Shown one piece after another: positions 51,781 through 64,000 of a stretch of DNA of 64,000 nucleotides. The stretch's first letter is position 1, and the number at the start of each line of letters is the position of its first letter. A program made the position numbers and the translations under genes. The DNA lies in NCBI GenBank assembly GCA_951406725.2, contig OX597830.1, positions 57,784,001 to 57,848,000 on the forward strand, in the 5' to 3' direction. The notes under the pieces were generated by a model. The model saw only the letters and a program-made list of their open reading frames with translations, was not told the DNA's origin and made no database searches. The stretch comes from Octopus vulgaris. Its lineage: Eukaryota.

Positions 51781-53390
51781 CCCTGTTGGCACTACATTAA
51801 TTAGAAAAGTTTGCTGTTTACACTTCCTGTTTACAAGTTTCTCCAGTGTAAACTTCCTGTTTACACTGTTTTTGTATTTTTTCAAGTGAATTTCTCTGGA
51901 TTTTTTTCTTTTGATTTTTGAGCATAATTGTGGTTTAATATCTCAAGAAGTGAGAATTTAGTGATAATATTTATTGATGATTTATTAATTCAATTAGTGA
52001 GACTGAACTCGGACTTAGATAAAATACGGGTATTTCAGTGTCATCTATAAACCCTAGATCTAAATGATATTGAGATTTGTTAATTCCAAGTTGAGAAGAA
52101 GAATTAATCATGTCGTTAACATTGAATTGCTTTCATCAGTGAATGGTAAGGATTAAAACAAAAAAACATTTACTTTTTAAATGTAAGGTCCCTACATACA
52201 GTATGGGTTATGAAGGGGTGGGGAGCAAGCAATTGTTGTAGTAAGAATAACATTTGTTAGGCCTTACACAACCTTTGAATGGAGGAGACTAAGGAATATC
52301 TTGGAATGCTTTTTGTAACAGGAGTTGTGCAGCTTTCAAACACTTTTAGCTCTGAGACAGGAAACTGATGTGAAAATGATTGTATAATCAACTGCATTCA
52401 ATCTATCTGGACAGGTGAAAGTTATATGGCAACAGGTAAAAAGCATATTCACAATATACACCAATGGTCATTATATCACATCAGCAAATTTCATCCAAAA
52501 TTCATACAAAAGTGATAACCTAATAAGGTTTTAAACTGAACTGCATTTCATCAGAATCTCTGGTTTCTAATAGGTTTGGGAAATTTATTAAGAAAAAGCA
52601 CTACAAGACTAAGAGTTAATTATGAAGACATTGTGAATGAGAAGTGTCGACTATCTGAACCAACATGATTTTGGAGATAAGTTGGATTGGTTATAGGAAA
52701 ATTTACCATCAACATTTTTGCCGTAAGAAAATTCATTTTGAATGACTTCATCGCATTTGTTTTAATATTTGACATTGAATAAAGACTTAACTCTTTAATG
52801 CTTTTATAAAACCTTTGGTCATTCTCTTTTTTTATTATTATTATTATTTTTAGAAAGTGCTGATACAATGCACTTTGTCATTGTTCATATGGATGAATTT
52901 TCTTGTATGGCAAAATTTCTTAGCACAAATTGAATTAGTGGAACTCCATTGGATTAACCTAAACCAGTTTCTTGAAAGATCTTTTTACTCTTTACGTTTA
53001 CATACTTGGTTTCCTTTGTGACTTATTTATTATTCACATTCCCTTTCTCACACTTGACTGATTTCATTGCAATGAGGAAGTGTGTACCTGTCCCAATCAA
53101 ATTGCTAAGTAAATATATAAGGTCATATTTTTTCTGGCATAAGAAAATAAAACCAAGAAATTAAATAATTCAAAGAAACTATCTGCATGAAAAGCAATGG
53201 CTAAGTAGGTTAATGCCGACCTGTTTAATACAGGGCATCAAAACATGTCCAGGGTTGTTTACCCCTGCTTAAACTTGTCACAGAATTGAAAATATCAATG
53301 ACTTTTTTTCCTCATGTATTTATTTTTATTTAGCTTTTCTGTGCACCCTGCATTAAATGTGTTAGCATTAACTTACCTGTTGATAAGACT

Positions 53391-53593
53391 GAGACATTGC
53401 ATCCTTTAAAACCTCCATGCTTCCTGAAATTCGCCAACACTACACCTGATATCCCCCCCTCCATACGCATGCACACCTGTATATCATGACTCATAAACTG
53501 TTCACTTTCCTGACTTTTGTACATAATTCTATGTGCTGTACCTGCACCTTTGATGGGTTGTAGTGCACCTGAGCTCTATACTCAATATTATTA
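53391..53593 (+). mobile_element. CR1/L2-group LINE 3' end, same family as 11222-11670
   Basis: GCATCCTTTAA..CATGCTTCCTGAAATTCGCC..ACTACACCTGA..GTTGTAGTGCACCTGAGC. Confidence 0.75.
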
Positions 53594-54401
53594 AACTGGG
53601 TGACTTCTGTTTAATCTGCAATTCTCAATATTTTGTGAAGAATCGGATCCTTTGTTGGTTCTGGAAATTCACATATCTATATAGAGATGTCAGAGTAAAT
53701 GTGATTAAAAAATTCTTCCAGTCGAACTGAACCTGGAACCATGTGATTGGGAAACAATCTTCTTACTCCCCCCCCCCTCACACTGCTAAATATTTTGACA
53801 TACTTCATGTCCCATCCTATTTATAATTTACATGTAAAAACTTCACTGATGTATACAGACACATCTGTTATTAATTGGGTCAGGTGGCAGGGTTGTCTCA
53901 GTAATTAGTTAGAATTCTGTAGACTATTGATACTGTAGTAGACCACACTCATATGATAGTTGCATTTCCATTTATTTTGAAATTTATAACTTCCAAAAGG
54001 GTTGGATCATGTTGAAACCGTTTTTAAGAATTATATAAAATCCAAAAAATCTATTTGGATTTAACAAGAATTAAATACAAGTTGATATCTTCTTGGGAGG
54101 TTTCTTAGTGCCTACTGCTTACATGTCTAACGTAACCTCATATTAGTGTTGAAAAATGGATATTTCTCAGAGAAAATCTTCGACACCAGAGCAATGTTCA
54201 TCGTGTGTGCTGATAGCATGTAATCTTTTAAAAGTACTGGATCTATCTGTGACACACACATATACACTTGTTCTTACATATTTCCATATCTATGAACTCA
54301 CACACACACACTACTATAACTAAATAGTTGATTTCATTGACCTCAACATTGTATTTGTCAACATAGTCTCGCTGATCAGTTATCACTTCCACCCTTATCT
54401 A

Positions 54402-54871
<470 letters not shown>

Positions 54872-55224
54872 GGAAAAATTAGAGTTTAAAATGTTGAAAT
54901 ATTTTAAGGTATTTGCCTTCTGAGTTCAAAGTCTGCTGACTTCAACTTAATCTTTCATCCTTTCTGGGATAATGAATTAAATATCTGTCACTACTACAGT
55001 TTTTTTTTTTATCAAACTCTTCGGAAGATATTGGACATGATTAGACTTGGAGATTGTGTTTGCCATTTCTGTTCTCATCTGAATCCAGTATTTGAAGAGT
55101 ACCTTAGTTAGAAGAATGAGAGAGGAGCAGGTGTTAGGAAGATGAGAAGTGGGGGGAGGATTCTTGGGGATAATCTGGATGCAAGAGAAGGGCCCAGTAG
55201 GTGTATAGATAAAATGATTTCAGA

Positions 55225-55580
55225 TCTAAAAGTTTGCCATGACAGATGGGTCTTGAACCCATCAAATTATCTTGGTCTTTTTGTGTCTCCTCTATGAGAC
55301 TCAACATCTTGTGATCAGCCTTTGCTACATCATCCCCTGTCTTGTTAGCTTTCACTCTTCCATAATTTCCATCCACATTTCATAATCAGCATCCCTTGAT
55401 ACATATCACACAACCAAATCGGTATAAATCTTCTCTTTTGCGCACTCCATTTGATTCCTCTTATGCTCAGTTTTTCTCTCAATATATATGCACTTTGTTG
55501 CTCATACACACTAACGATGCACATCTAATGGACCATATTAGCTTCATTCCTCTCTTGTCATTGCATGTCTTGTATAATGC
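55225..55580 (-). mobile_element. RTE LINE 3' fragment
   Basis: Minus strand KTGDDVAKADHKMLSLIEETQKDQD parallels the C-terminal region of the 43-44 kb RTE copy. Confidence 0.6.
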
Positions 55581-57789
55581 AAGCATAACTTTGTAGTTAA
55601 GAATTATGAAGAACAGATTTTAAGTCCCATTCCGTAGCATGGCACTATGGCCAAGTGTCTTCTATACTCTAGGCTAATCAGAACCTTGAGATTAAGATGG
55701 AAACTGAAACAAGCCTGTTATATATATCATCTTCATCCTTTAACATCCATTTTCCATGCTGCTGTGTGTTTTTCATATCTCTTTGTCTTGATATTACATA
55801 GTAATTGTAAACTTCACCATCCTGCAAGTGGTGTCATTCTCTGCATATCCAGCCACTGTGCTGTTCATGCTCGGAACCCTGTGAAGATGGGTGAGATAGG
55901 AAAAGCAACCAGCTATAGATCTGCTTCAACAAATTTCAATTGACACATGTAAGCATGGACAAATGGATGTTAAAACAATTATGTATGTGTGATTTAGCAG
56001 AATTATTAATATGGATAAAATGCACAATGGTATTATATCTAAGTTTGAATCTTTTCAGTTCTTCATTACCATTATACGCAAAGGTAAAAAAGTAAGATTT
56101 GTATTTTTTCTATTTTATATAGCTTTCTCTATCTTTTGTGAATATATAGCTCTATTTATAACAATGAACCATTACTAGTGTATGTAATAATGTGTTTGGT
56201 CTCTTGACAGGATTGTGGAGGTGCAAAAATATGATTGTCAGATATAATACGGCAGATTTTTCTATGGTTAGCTATTCAGTTCAAACTAGATTCTTGAAAT
56301 ATCTGTAAGTAATTTCTGTAATAAGGGTGTTTTACTTTTAGAACAGAAAAGAAAAATGGTCTTAGAAATTAAGGATAACTTTTTTGTTTTTTGGTCACAT
56401 TATTGTATGTTGTTACACTATTTACTTTCATAATTTATTATATAATCTGTCATAGGTTCATTTATTAAAGTATTAAAGAAAAAGCTTGCCGAAGAGGGAG
56501 ATACTTCAATGAAGTACAAATTGTTGAAGTTTTACAAGAAATTTAGAAAAACAGTTTCAACCTTGTAATACTGACCTGTGCTCTGAGAATTTCCATTTTC
56601 AAGTGTTTGTACCTAAATTTAAATCTTGTTCAAAATCTCATTAAAACTTGATTTCATGAGATTTCAGTTGGTAAACACTATTGTTATCCATGAATGCATG
56701 AAGTCAAAGATAGTTTATTAAGCTCCTAAGTTTTGATTACATTAAAAAATTAATTGAAACAAATGGTGTACTCATCAGAAGTCTATTATGTTCATGCATC
56801 TATCAAGAAAAAATATGAAAATCATTTTGTTTTGTTTTTGAAATCCAATTTAAAACAAATGATGATTGTGAAGATAATTATTATTTGCCTTCATTGAGAG
56901 AAGAACAATGATGAGAAATGTTTCAATTCAGAATGAAGTCATGGAATATAATAGCTAACAATATCACCTTTTAGTGCCTTGCTTTCATGCTGGTGTGGGT
57001 TGGGCAGCTTGACTGAAGCTGGTCAGTTAAGGACTACCAAACTACTTTCTGCTTTGGAATGGTTTCTATGGTAAGGTACCCATCCTAATGCCAACCACTC
57101 CACAAAGTGTACTGGGTACTTTTTATGTGGCACCATCACCAGGGAGGTTACCAAGTAACTTGCAGGACAAACACCCATCGACTGAGAGGAAATAAGTTAG
57201 AGGAGGAGAGATGATGTTGTCAGGGGCACACCTTCAAGTTACAGGGAGGGGTACTTAAAGGAAGTGGTACAGAGACTTGGCTAGGATGAGGGGGCAGGCG
57301 TGTGAAAGAGTAGATGGTAGAGTGGGCAAGGCAGTTAGTGAACATGGGTGGAAGGAGGGAGGGATGTTATGAAGCGGAGTTGGGGGAAGAGAGGCATAGA
57401 CATGAATGGTGTCCCTTTTGGGGCTTCATTTTTACTTAGAAGGATAAATCTTCTCAAACACAACAAATCGTTAAATATCTTGGTCCTTTGTCATTTGGAA
57501 AATTATTTGTCATTTGGAAAATTATTTGTCATTTTGACTTTTTTGAGGTTTATTATAATCCTGAATCTCAATCCTGGACCACAATCAATAAAGACAAAAA
57601 AAAAAATAACCTGCATAGTTACAGCTGAAACTAGTAACAGTTAATTATTTTTAGAATAAACTCTGGAATCTGAGGAAATTGGTGATGGTCTGCATTGGCA
57701 ACAATTCATCTGTAGAATTCGATAAATTCAATAGTCATGGAGTAAAGAATCTAACATGATGATTCTCACTGCGGAATTTTAAAAATATA

Positions 57790-58208
57790 AAATCAAAATC
57801 GCTGACGTGGCTAATGACAGTACCGCCTGACTGGCTCCTGTGCCAGTGGCACCTAAAAAGCACCATTCAAGCGTGATTGTTGCCAGCATCTCCTTACTGG
57901 CACGTGAAAAACAGCATTCAAGTGTGGTTGTTGCCAGTGCCGCCAGACTGGCTCTCGTGCAGGTGGCATGTTAAAAGCACCATTTGAGCATGTTCGTTGC
58001 CAGTACTGCCTGACTGGCCCTTGTGCCAGTGGCACATAAAAGCACCCTCTACACTCTCGGAGTGGTTGGCATTAGGAAGGGCTTTCAGCTGTGGAAACTG
58101 TCAAATTAGATTGGAGCCTGGTGCAGCCTTCTGGCTCGCCAGTCCCCAGTCAAACTGTCCAACCCATGCCAGCATGGAAAGCAGACATTAAACAACGATG
58201 ATGATGAT
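57790..58208 (+). mobile_element. Family C retroposon with internal tandem units
   Basis: Repeated TGCCAGT..TGACTGGCTCC..GTGGCAC.TAAAAAGCACCATT units; (GAT)n tail. Confidence 0.82.
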
Positions 58209-59019
58209 AAGGCTTTAGAAAATCCATATTAATTCTTCAACACCTTGAAACCAATGTTATTTATAATTTCTTCTTAAACTCATACCAAAAGAAACACTGG
58301 TGCTTGACCCAGTCATCTGACCTCTTGGATCCTCTCAAACCGTCTAACCCATGCCAGCATGGAATATGGGCACTAAATGATGTTTTTTTTTCCCCCCCCA
58401 TTATTTTTCACACCTTTTATGTGAAGTGTGTTAGTAATTTTTTGATTGATCTCCAGTTTGCCACAAAATTAGTGAAACCTTGAGCTTAATGTTTCGGTTC
58501 CTTGTTTGGCTGACAAAGAAAGTGGAAATGGTGTTGTCCTTTTAGTTGTAGGAGAGTAATTAATTTTGAGTCCTTTTTCCAAAAAAGTAATTTTAAGGTA
58601 CTTTATTTCCTGCCACACTATCTTGTGTCCCATGCAAGTTGTGGATTTGTTCCATTTTGAACGATAATGATTGTTACTGTTTTGGGCTGAAAGTAAACCT
58701 CAGTTATGATAACCGAGGTTTTGAGCAATAACTGTGTGCATGTTTTATTGCTAGGTAGATGTAAAAATGAAAGAATCTTGGTTGTGGTGTTACAGTTTAT
58801 GGTGTTGGCCTGTTTAAATTATTGCTGTAAAGCCTCTGGGCTAAGCATGACCACTGATCAAAGCTAGTCTTGCCATTACTCTCCTATCTCCTAATTTGAC
58901 TACAAAATTTCCCCTGTCCCTACCTTTTTTCATTTTCTTTTTTATTTTAACTTGATCATTTTGAACGTTGGGCCTCACAGACGCAGTGACCAAGACCTTT
59001 GGCATTGTTGTGCTTGAGA

Positions 59020-59366
59020 AGAGCCATGAAGCCAAGTAAAATCACAGTTGTGGCTGGTGCTGGTGTCATGCAAATGGCACCCGTGCTGGTGGCACATAAA
59101 AGCACCCATTACACTCTGAGTGGTTGGCATTAGGAAAGGCATCCAGCTGTAGAAACCATGCTAAATCAGATTGGAGCCTGGTGCAGCCTTCCAGCTTGCC
59201 ATCCCTGGTCAAACTGTCCAACCAATGACTAAGGGTCGCTTGTCGGCGCCTGCAAAGGTGCTTGAAATGCACCGCGCACTTCGCACCAGATAATGAACCA
59301 CCGCTCGGCAACGGCCCGATCCCTTCTCCATCGAATGAGCGACAACGGATACTAAATGATGATGAT
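59020..59366 (+). mobile_element. Family C retroposon with a foreign GC-rich insert in its tail
   Basis: Consensus up to CAAACTGTCCAACCAATG, ~116 bp of unrelated sequence, then AACGGATACTAAATGATGATG. Confidence 0.75.
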
Positions 59367-59655
59367 TGAGATTTGAGAGATTTGATTGCTATTTCTTGCA
59401 GATTGAGTCACCATGTAGAGGCTCTAAATGGCTTGGCCTAATTAGATTTGAAATAATATTTTAGCAAAAATATTGATAAGAAAAAACTTACTACAGCAAC
59501 ATATATTCAGATCTGACATCATAGCTGACAGTTTTCACCTCATGTTACAGGAAACGTAATATGGTGTGGACATCTTGTTACATCACATCTGATATAGGAG
59601 ATTTTTTTACAAAACCTGACCACAACAAAGCACCAGTTAAATGAGAACACCTTAA

Positions 59656-59872
59656 CCTTTAACATTCAGGTTTCTTTGTCAAGTGTAATCTGTATTTATT
59701 TCCTTTGTTCTGAATCAGTCATGCATTATCTTGTAGTTTCAAGATTTCAATGGTGCTTTTGTATATTTTTAGAATGACATTGTAGGGTAGGTGTGATAGA
59801 TTGGATCTGGTCAATTTTAGCATAAAACGGGATATTAAATGGGCTGGATATGCTGGATTAAATGCTAAAGGG
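59656..59872. mobile_element. piggyBac-like MITE
   Basis: TTAA|CCTTTAACATT ... AATGCTAAAGGG|TTAA. Confidence 0.7.
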
Positions 59873-60245
59873 TTAAAGAATACCTCTTTTAGCCAATGTA
59901 GGAGTCAGCCTATATATGGTTGCCTGACCTGCTAGACATAGCAGCCAAATCACACCTCATTGTTTTAAAAAAAAACATTAAAAAAATAATCACCGATGGA
60001 CCAAAATACTGAATAGTGATAGTCATGGCTGGAATATTTTCAATCATCTGTCTGCTTGATCACAGCTGACCTAGAGCTAAACAGTAGTATACCATTTCCT
60101 CAAAGAGAAAAAAAAGCTGTTCTATATGTCTGTTTTGCTAATGACCAGTGTGACACATGAGAAGCATTTGCTTAGGAAGTTCTCTGAATCTTTTGTAAAA
60201 TTCCATAACTTAATGTTCCTGTTGAGTGTATTATTTAGTATGGTA

Positions 60246-60450
60246 AGGCGGTGAGTTGGTAGAATTTTTAGCATGCCAGACAAAATGCTTTGAGGCATTT
60301 TGTCTGTTTTTGCATTCGGTGTTCAGATTCCACTGAGGTTGACTGCTTTCCATCCATTTGGGGTCAGTAAGTACCAGTTGAATACTGGGGGTTATGCAAG
60401 TGATTTTCCTTTCCATCAAAATTTGCTGGCCTTGTTCCAAAATTTGAAAT
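60246..60450 (+). mobile_element. Family A SINE
   Basis: GGCGGTGAGTTGGTAGAATT..TTCCATCCATTTGGGGTCAGTAAGTACCAG. Confidence 0.75.
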
Positions 60451-61269
60451 CACTATATTATTTGGTATTGCAATCAAGGTGTTTAACTCTAATACAGCAA
60501 TTAACCTTGACAGTTCAGATTTAGTTTCATTAATTACTTACAGGAATCATTAAATATGTACATTTTTTACATTGATAGAGAAAATTTTTTTCCACTCCTA
60601 TAATTTTTGCTACTAAAAGCTTCAGATAACTCTGACACCATTTTGATTACAAATCAATATCCTACCACCATACTTCCTAATTTGTCATTCATAGAGATAC
60701 ATTTCCATGTATCTCAATGTCTCTCAGCCCAAGATGTATTTCAAGTTGTTGACAGCTTTGCTAAGACTTATGGAAGATAAATCTGTGATATCATCTGTTT
60801 TCTCTCTCTTCCAGGAACCATGAAAATATTATTTATTAATCATTTCATGTTATTATGAAACAAGATATTCCAGTGGTAGTTTTCAATTACTAAAGCTATT
60901 AAATAATGAACTTGTAATAATATTTATTATGAAGGAGATAATGGCAATATGTTGTTATATGAATATATGGTGGAACTTAGTTATTCAAATCATCATCATT
61001 TAGTGTCTGCTTTTCCATGCTGGCATGAGTTGGTTGGTTTGACACTTAGTTGGCAAACCAGAGGACTAGTCCAACTATTCCACAGTGTGTACAGGGTGCT
61101 AATTATGCGGCACCAGTGAGGTTACCAAGTAACTTGCAAGTCAAGACCCCACTCCCCAATTGAGAGGGGGGTATTGAGGGAGGTGGCTTTGTGCCAGATG
61201 ATGAGATGTTAAAGTATGGGTGAGGGACAGAAGCAAGTGTGTTGCTGTAGAAGAGGAGATGCCAGACTC

Positions 61270-61540
61270 ATTTGGAAAAGGGGAGGAGAGATATGGCGAA
61301 GATATTCTTGGTGCACAGAATTACATTGAGGGAACAGATTGCTATGGATAGGACAGCCTGGAGGACTGGTATCTGTAATGGAGCCAGCTCCTTCGAGCAC
61401 AACAGACAACAGAATGTGGAGGTAAAATGCAGAAGAAAAGAGCATCTTCAATATCCTTGACCTGCATCAACCATCCTGTGCAAGTTCTGTCCACAATTCT
61501 TTCACCATTGACTTGGACTCCAAAGTCACTTTTGACACAA
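61270..61540 (+). mobile_element. RTE/BovB-like LINE C-terminal fragment
   Basis: EQIAMDRTAWRTGICNGASSFEHNR..RRKE, followed by a CKFC zinc-finger start. Confidence 0.7.
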
Positions 61541-61852
61541 ACAGCTGCTGAGGAGACTGGATAGAAACTGACGGACCCATGTTTGGATACGAGCTGGAGA
61601 CAAGATATAAGTGCTACAGAGGATTGGATTGGCTGAGTGGGTGGATAAGTTTGTGAAAGGAGGATGGCAGATGGTGGGGAGGGGGTGGTTTAGGAAGATG
61701 AGATGTGGGAGAGATAGTTTTTATCATTTAAAAAAATAATTTTTAACATTTAGGTTTGAAAGTTTAGAATTTCACATATTACAACACACAGCATATTCAC
61801 CAAAAAATGATCCATTTCATTGTTATATTTTCAGCATTAAATATTTAAAATC

Positions 61853-62213
61853 TAAAAAGCATCATTCAACCATGGCCAATGCCAGTGCCACCTGACTGGC
61901 ACCTGTACTGGTTGCACGTAAAAGTACCATTTGGGTGTGGCTGATGCCAGTGCCACCTGGCTAGCTCCCATGCAGGTGGTATGTAAAAAGCACCATTTGA
62001 GCATGGTCAATGCAAGTGCTGCTTGACGGCTCCCATGCCGGTGGCACGTAAAAGCACCCACTACACTCTCAGAGTGGTTGGAAGGGCATCTAGCTGTAGA
62101 AACCTTGCCAAATTAGATTGAAGCCTGGTGCAGCCTCCCGGCTTGCCAGTCCTCAGTCAACCCATCCAATCCATACCAGCATGGAAAGCAGACATTAAAC
62201 AATGATGATGATG
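61853..62213 (+). mobile_element. Family C retroposon
   Basis: Internal AAAAGCACCATT units and CAGCATGGAAAGCAGACATTAAACAATGATGATG end. Confidence 0.8.
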
Positions 62214-62390
62214 TTTCTCCATTCTGTGTTGCATGTGTTGGTTTAGGAGACTGATTCTATAAAAGGACCGAGTTTTACATCCATTCCAAGAGAAATTGAT
62301 TACTGGCCATGCTGGAATATATCCAAAACCATAATAGTTTATACCAACTAAAGAATTCTCACATCCTTGTTTTTCTTTGTTTTTTTTCAG

Positions 62391-62428
62391 ATTTATTCAA
62401 AGACAAAAGTATTATCAAGGACAAAGAT
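62391..62428 (+). CDS. spire: Candidate 38-nt exon 2 of the spire-like gene
   Basis: Long polypyrimidine tract TTTTTCTTTGTTTTTTTTCAG, then GAT|GTAAGT donor; phase-1 join to exon 1 gives the open peptide (G+AT)D-LFKDKSIIKDKD, ending phase 0. Confidence 0.6.
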
Positions 62429-62909
62429 GTAAGTTGTTTTTTTTATATATATTTTTTCATTTACAAAAGTCATATTTCTTGTGGAGTTTTTTTTTTGTGT
62501 AGAATTTTTAGCTTTAAATACTGGAAATGTTTTTATCATTCAAAGACAGGACAAACCTTTAAGTTATTTTTGATCTCCTTGTCTCATTTTTGAATTCTAC
62601 TCTACAAAGTCTAAAACTTTAACTTGCCATAATTTTTTTCTTTTTTTTTAAATTTGGAAAAAGGCTCAGTTTCGTAAAGGAGTGATGCATTGACTCAGTT
62701 TCCCCTGTCTAGTACTGGGTCAAATAAATTATTTCTTGTATTTATTTTTATTGATCTTGGTGAGTTTATATTTAGATGAAACTAAACAGAATAGAGCATT
62801 AGTATTCTGTTCCACCATTTCTGTCAAATTGCCACTTGTTACTGTTCTTTAGAAGAGATCTATGGCTATTGCTTTGATTTTTATCTATTTCAGTGGCTTG
62901 CAAAATTGT

Positions 62910-63105
62910 TTAGTTGTGAGTTAATCCTGATTGAATAGCTTTGTTAAAGGCATTCCAGCTATGACCATCCTGTCTTTTTGTAATATCTGGAACTACATTA
63001 TCTGTGGTGCCCTTTCCTTAAGATGTTAGAGTATCATCTGAGAGAATTTAGCTGCTATTTTTAGCAAGTTGAGTTATCAAGTAGAGATTCTCTTGTTAGC
63101 TCAGC
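62910..63105. repeat. Unclassified dispersed repeat (other copies near 6800, 8760-9130, 22200, 23600, 40900, 59890-60085)
   Basis: Recurrent AAAGGCATTCCAGCTATGACCATCC and GCTGCTATTTCTAGCAAGT motifs. Confidence 0.55.
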
Positions 63106-64000
63106 TTGTAAAATTCTTGTTGATTCAGATGAACAGATTGATTTGAAATAGTCAATTAGTATTTTGAATTCCAAGATTACTTCTACAAAGATCTGTTTAC
63201 ATTTCTACACACCAAATAGTTTTGCTTTAGTTTGTAATAATGTCAGAACAAAGTGTTTCTACTGAAGTGGACGGCCTGGTTGTCTTCTTTCTAAAAGCAT
63301 TCTTAATGTTTCCTTTATTTGCGTTTCAGTATAACTGTTGGTTTGTCATTAAGTCTGAGAAGTATGCATTGTTATCATTTATTTTTCTATTAGAAAGTAT
63401 TGTTGAATAAAGCTATGATCTCCCTGTTCTCATGGTTCTACTTCATTGAAGTTATGTTCTCTTATCCTATCATTAGAGACAGTTAAAAGACCAGAAAGTC
63501 TTTGCCAATATAATTATACGTTTCTCTTTTAGAGAGAATTTAGTGAAATTTTGTTTTCCTGGAGACAAATTGTACTTTCCAGTGTACAAGTTGTAGAATT
63601 TGTAAGCATGGAGAGTAAACATTCAAACATCGTCAAAATCTTTCCAAATCCTGCTGCATTTCACATGGAATTTTTGGTCTACCAAAATTGTTTTGGCATA
63701 AGTCAACCCCTCTTTTTATTTATTTTTTTGTTTTTTCTGTAAATTTTGGTTTGGAAAATTTGAGTTGTAGGCCAGAGAATATGGTATTAAATCTCTTTAA
63801 GAATTAATGTCTCCAAGGAAACTAATTGCGATGTTTATCTTCTTTCATAAGCATATATTTATCATCATTTAACATTCTTTTTTCCCTGCTGCCATGGGTT
63901 GGATGGTTCAACGTGAACAGATGCACTGGAGGGTTACACTGAGCAGCTTCAATCTCTACTTTGGCATGGTTTCTGCTGTTGGATGCTCTTTTTTATGAGG

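Overview
AT-rich, repeat-dense animal genomic DNA. The SINE/RTE/microsatellite landscape suggests a coleoid cephalopod such as Octopus (inference). Two host genes are visible on the + strand. The first is the last three coding exons of SMC5 (1735-5542). The second is the TATA-preceded first exon of a KIND-domain gene, most likely spire (19668-19998), followed by a ~42 kb intron and a candidate 38-nt exon 2 (62391-62428). The rest is tRNA-derived SINEs, RTE/CR1/L1-type LINE remnants, mariner and gypsy remnants, non-autonomous Helitrons, MITEs and microsatellites. The most notable structure is a palindromic mobile unit present twice (~26.0-26.4 kb and ~32.4-32.9 kb). It consists of two outward-facing arms of tRNA-like Pol III head plus Penelope-type minimal hammerhead ribozyme (one head is deleted in the first copy), and each whole palindrome is flanked by a 10-11 bp direct repeat. 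Two further unrelated hammerhead-bearing repeat families also occur. All calls were made by eye; repeat boundaries are approximate and novelty was not checked against databases.
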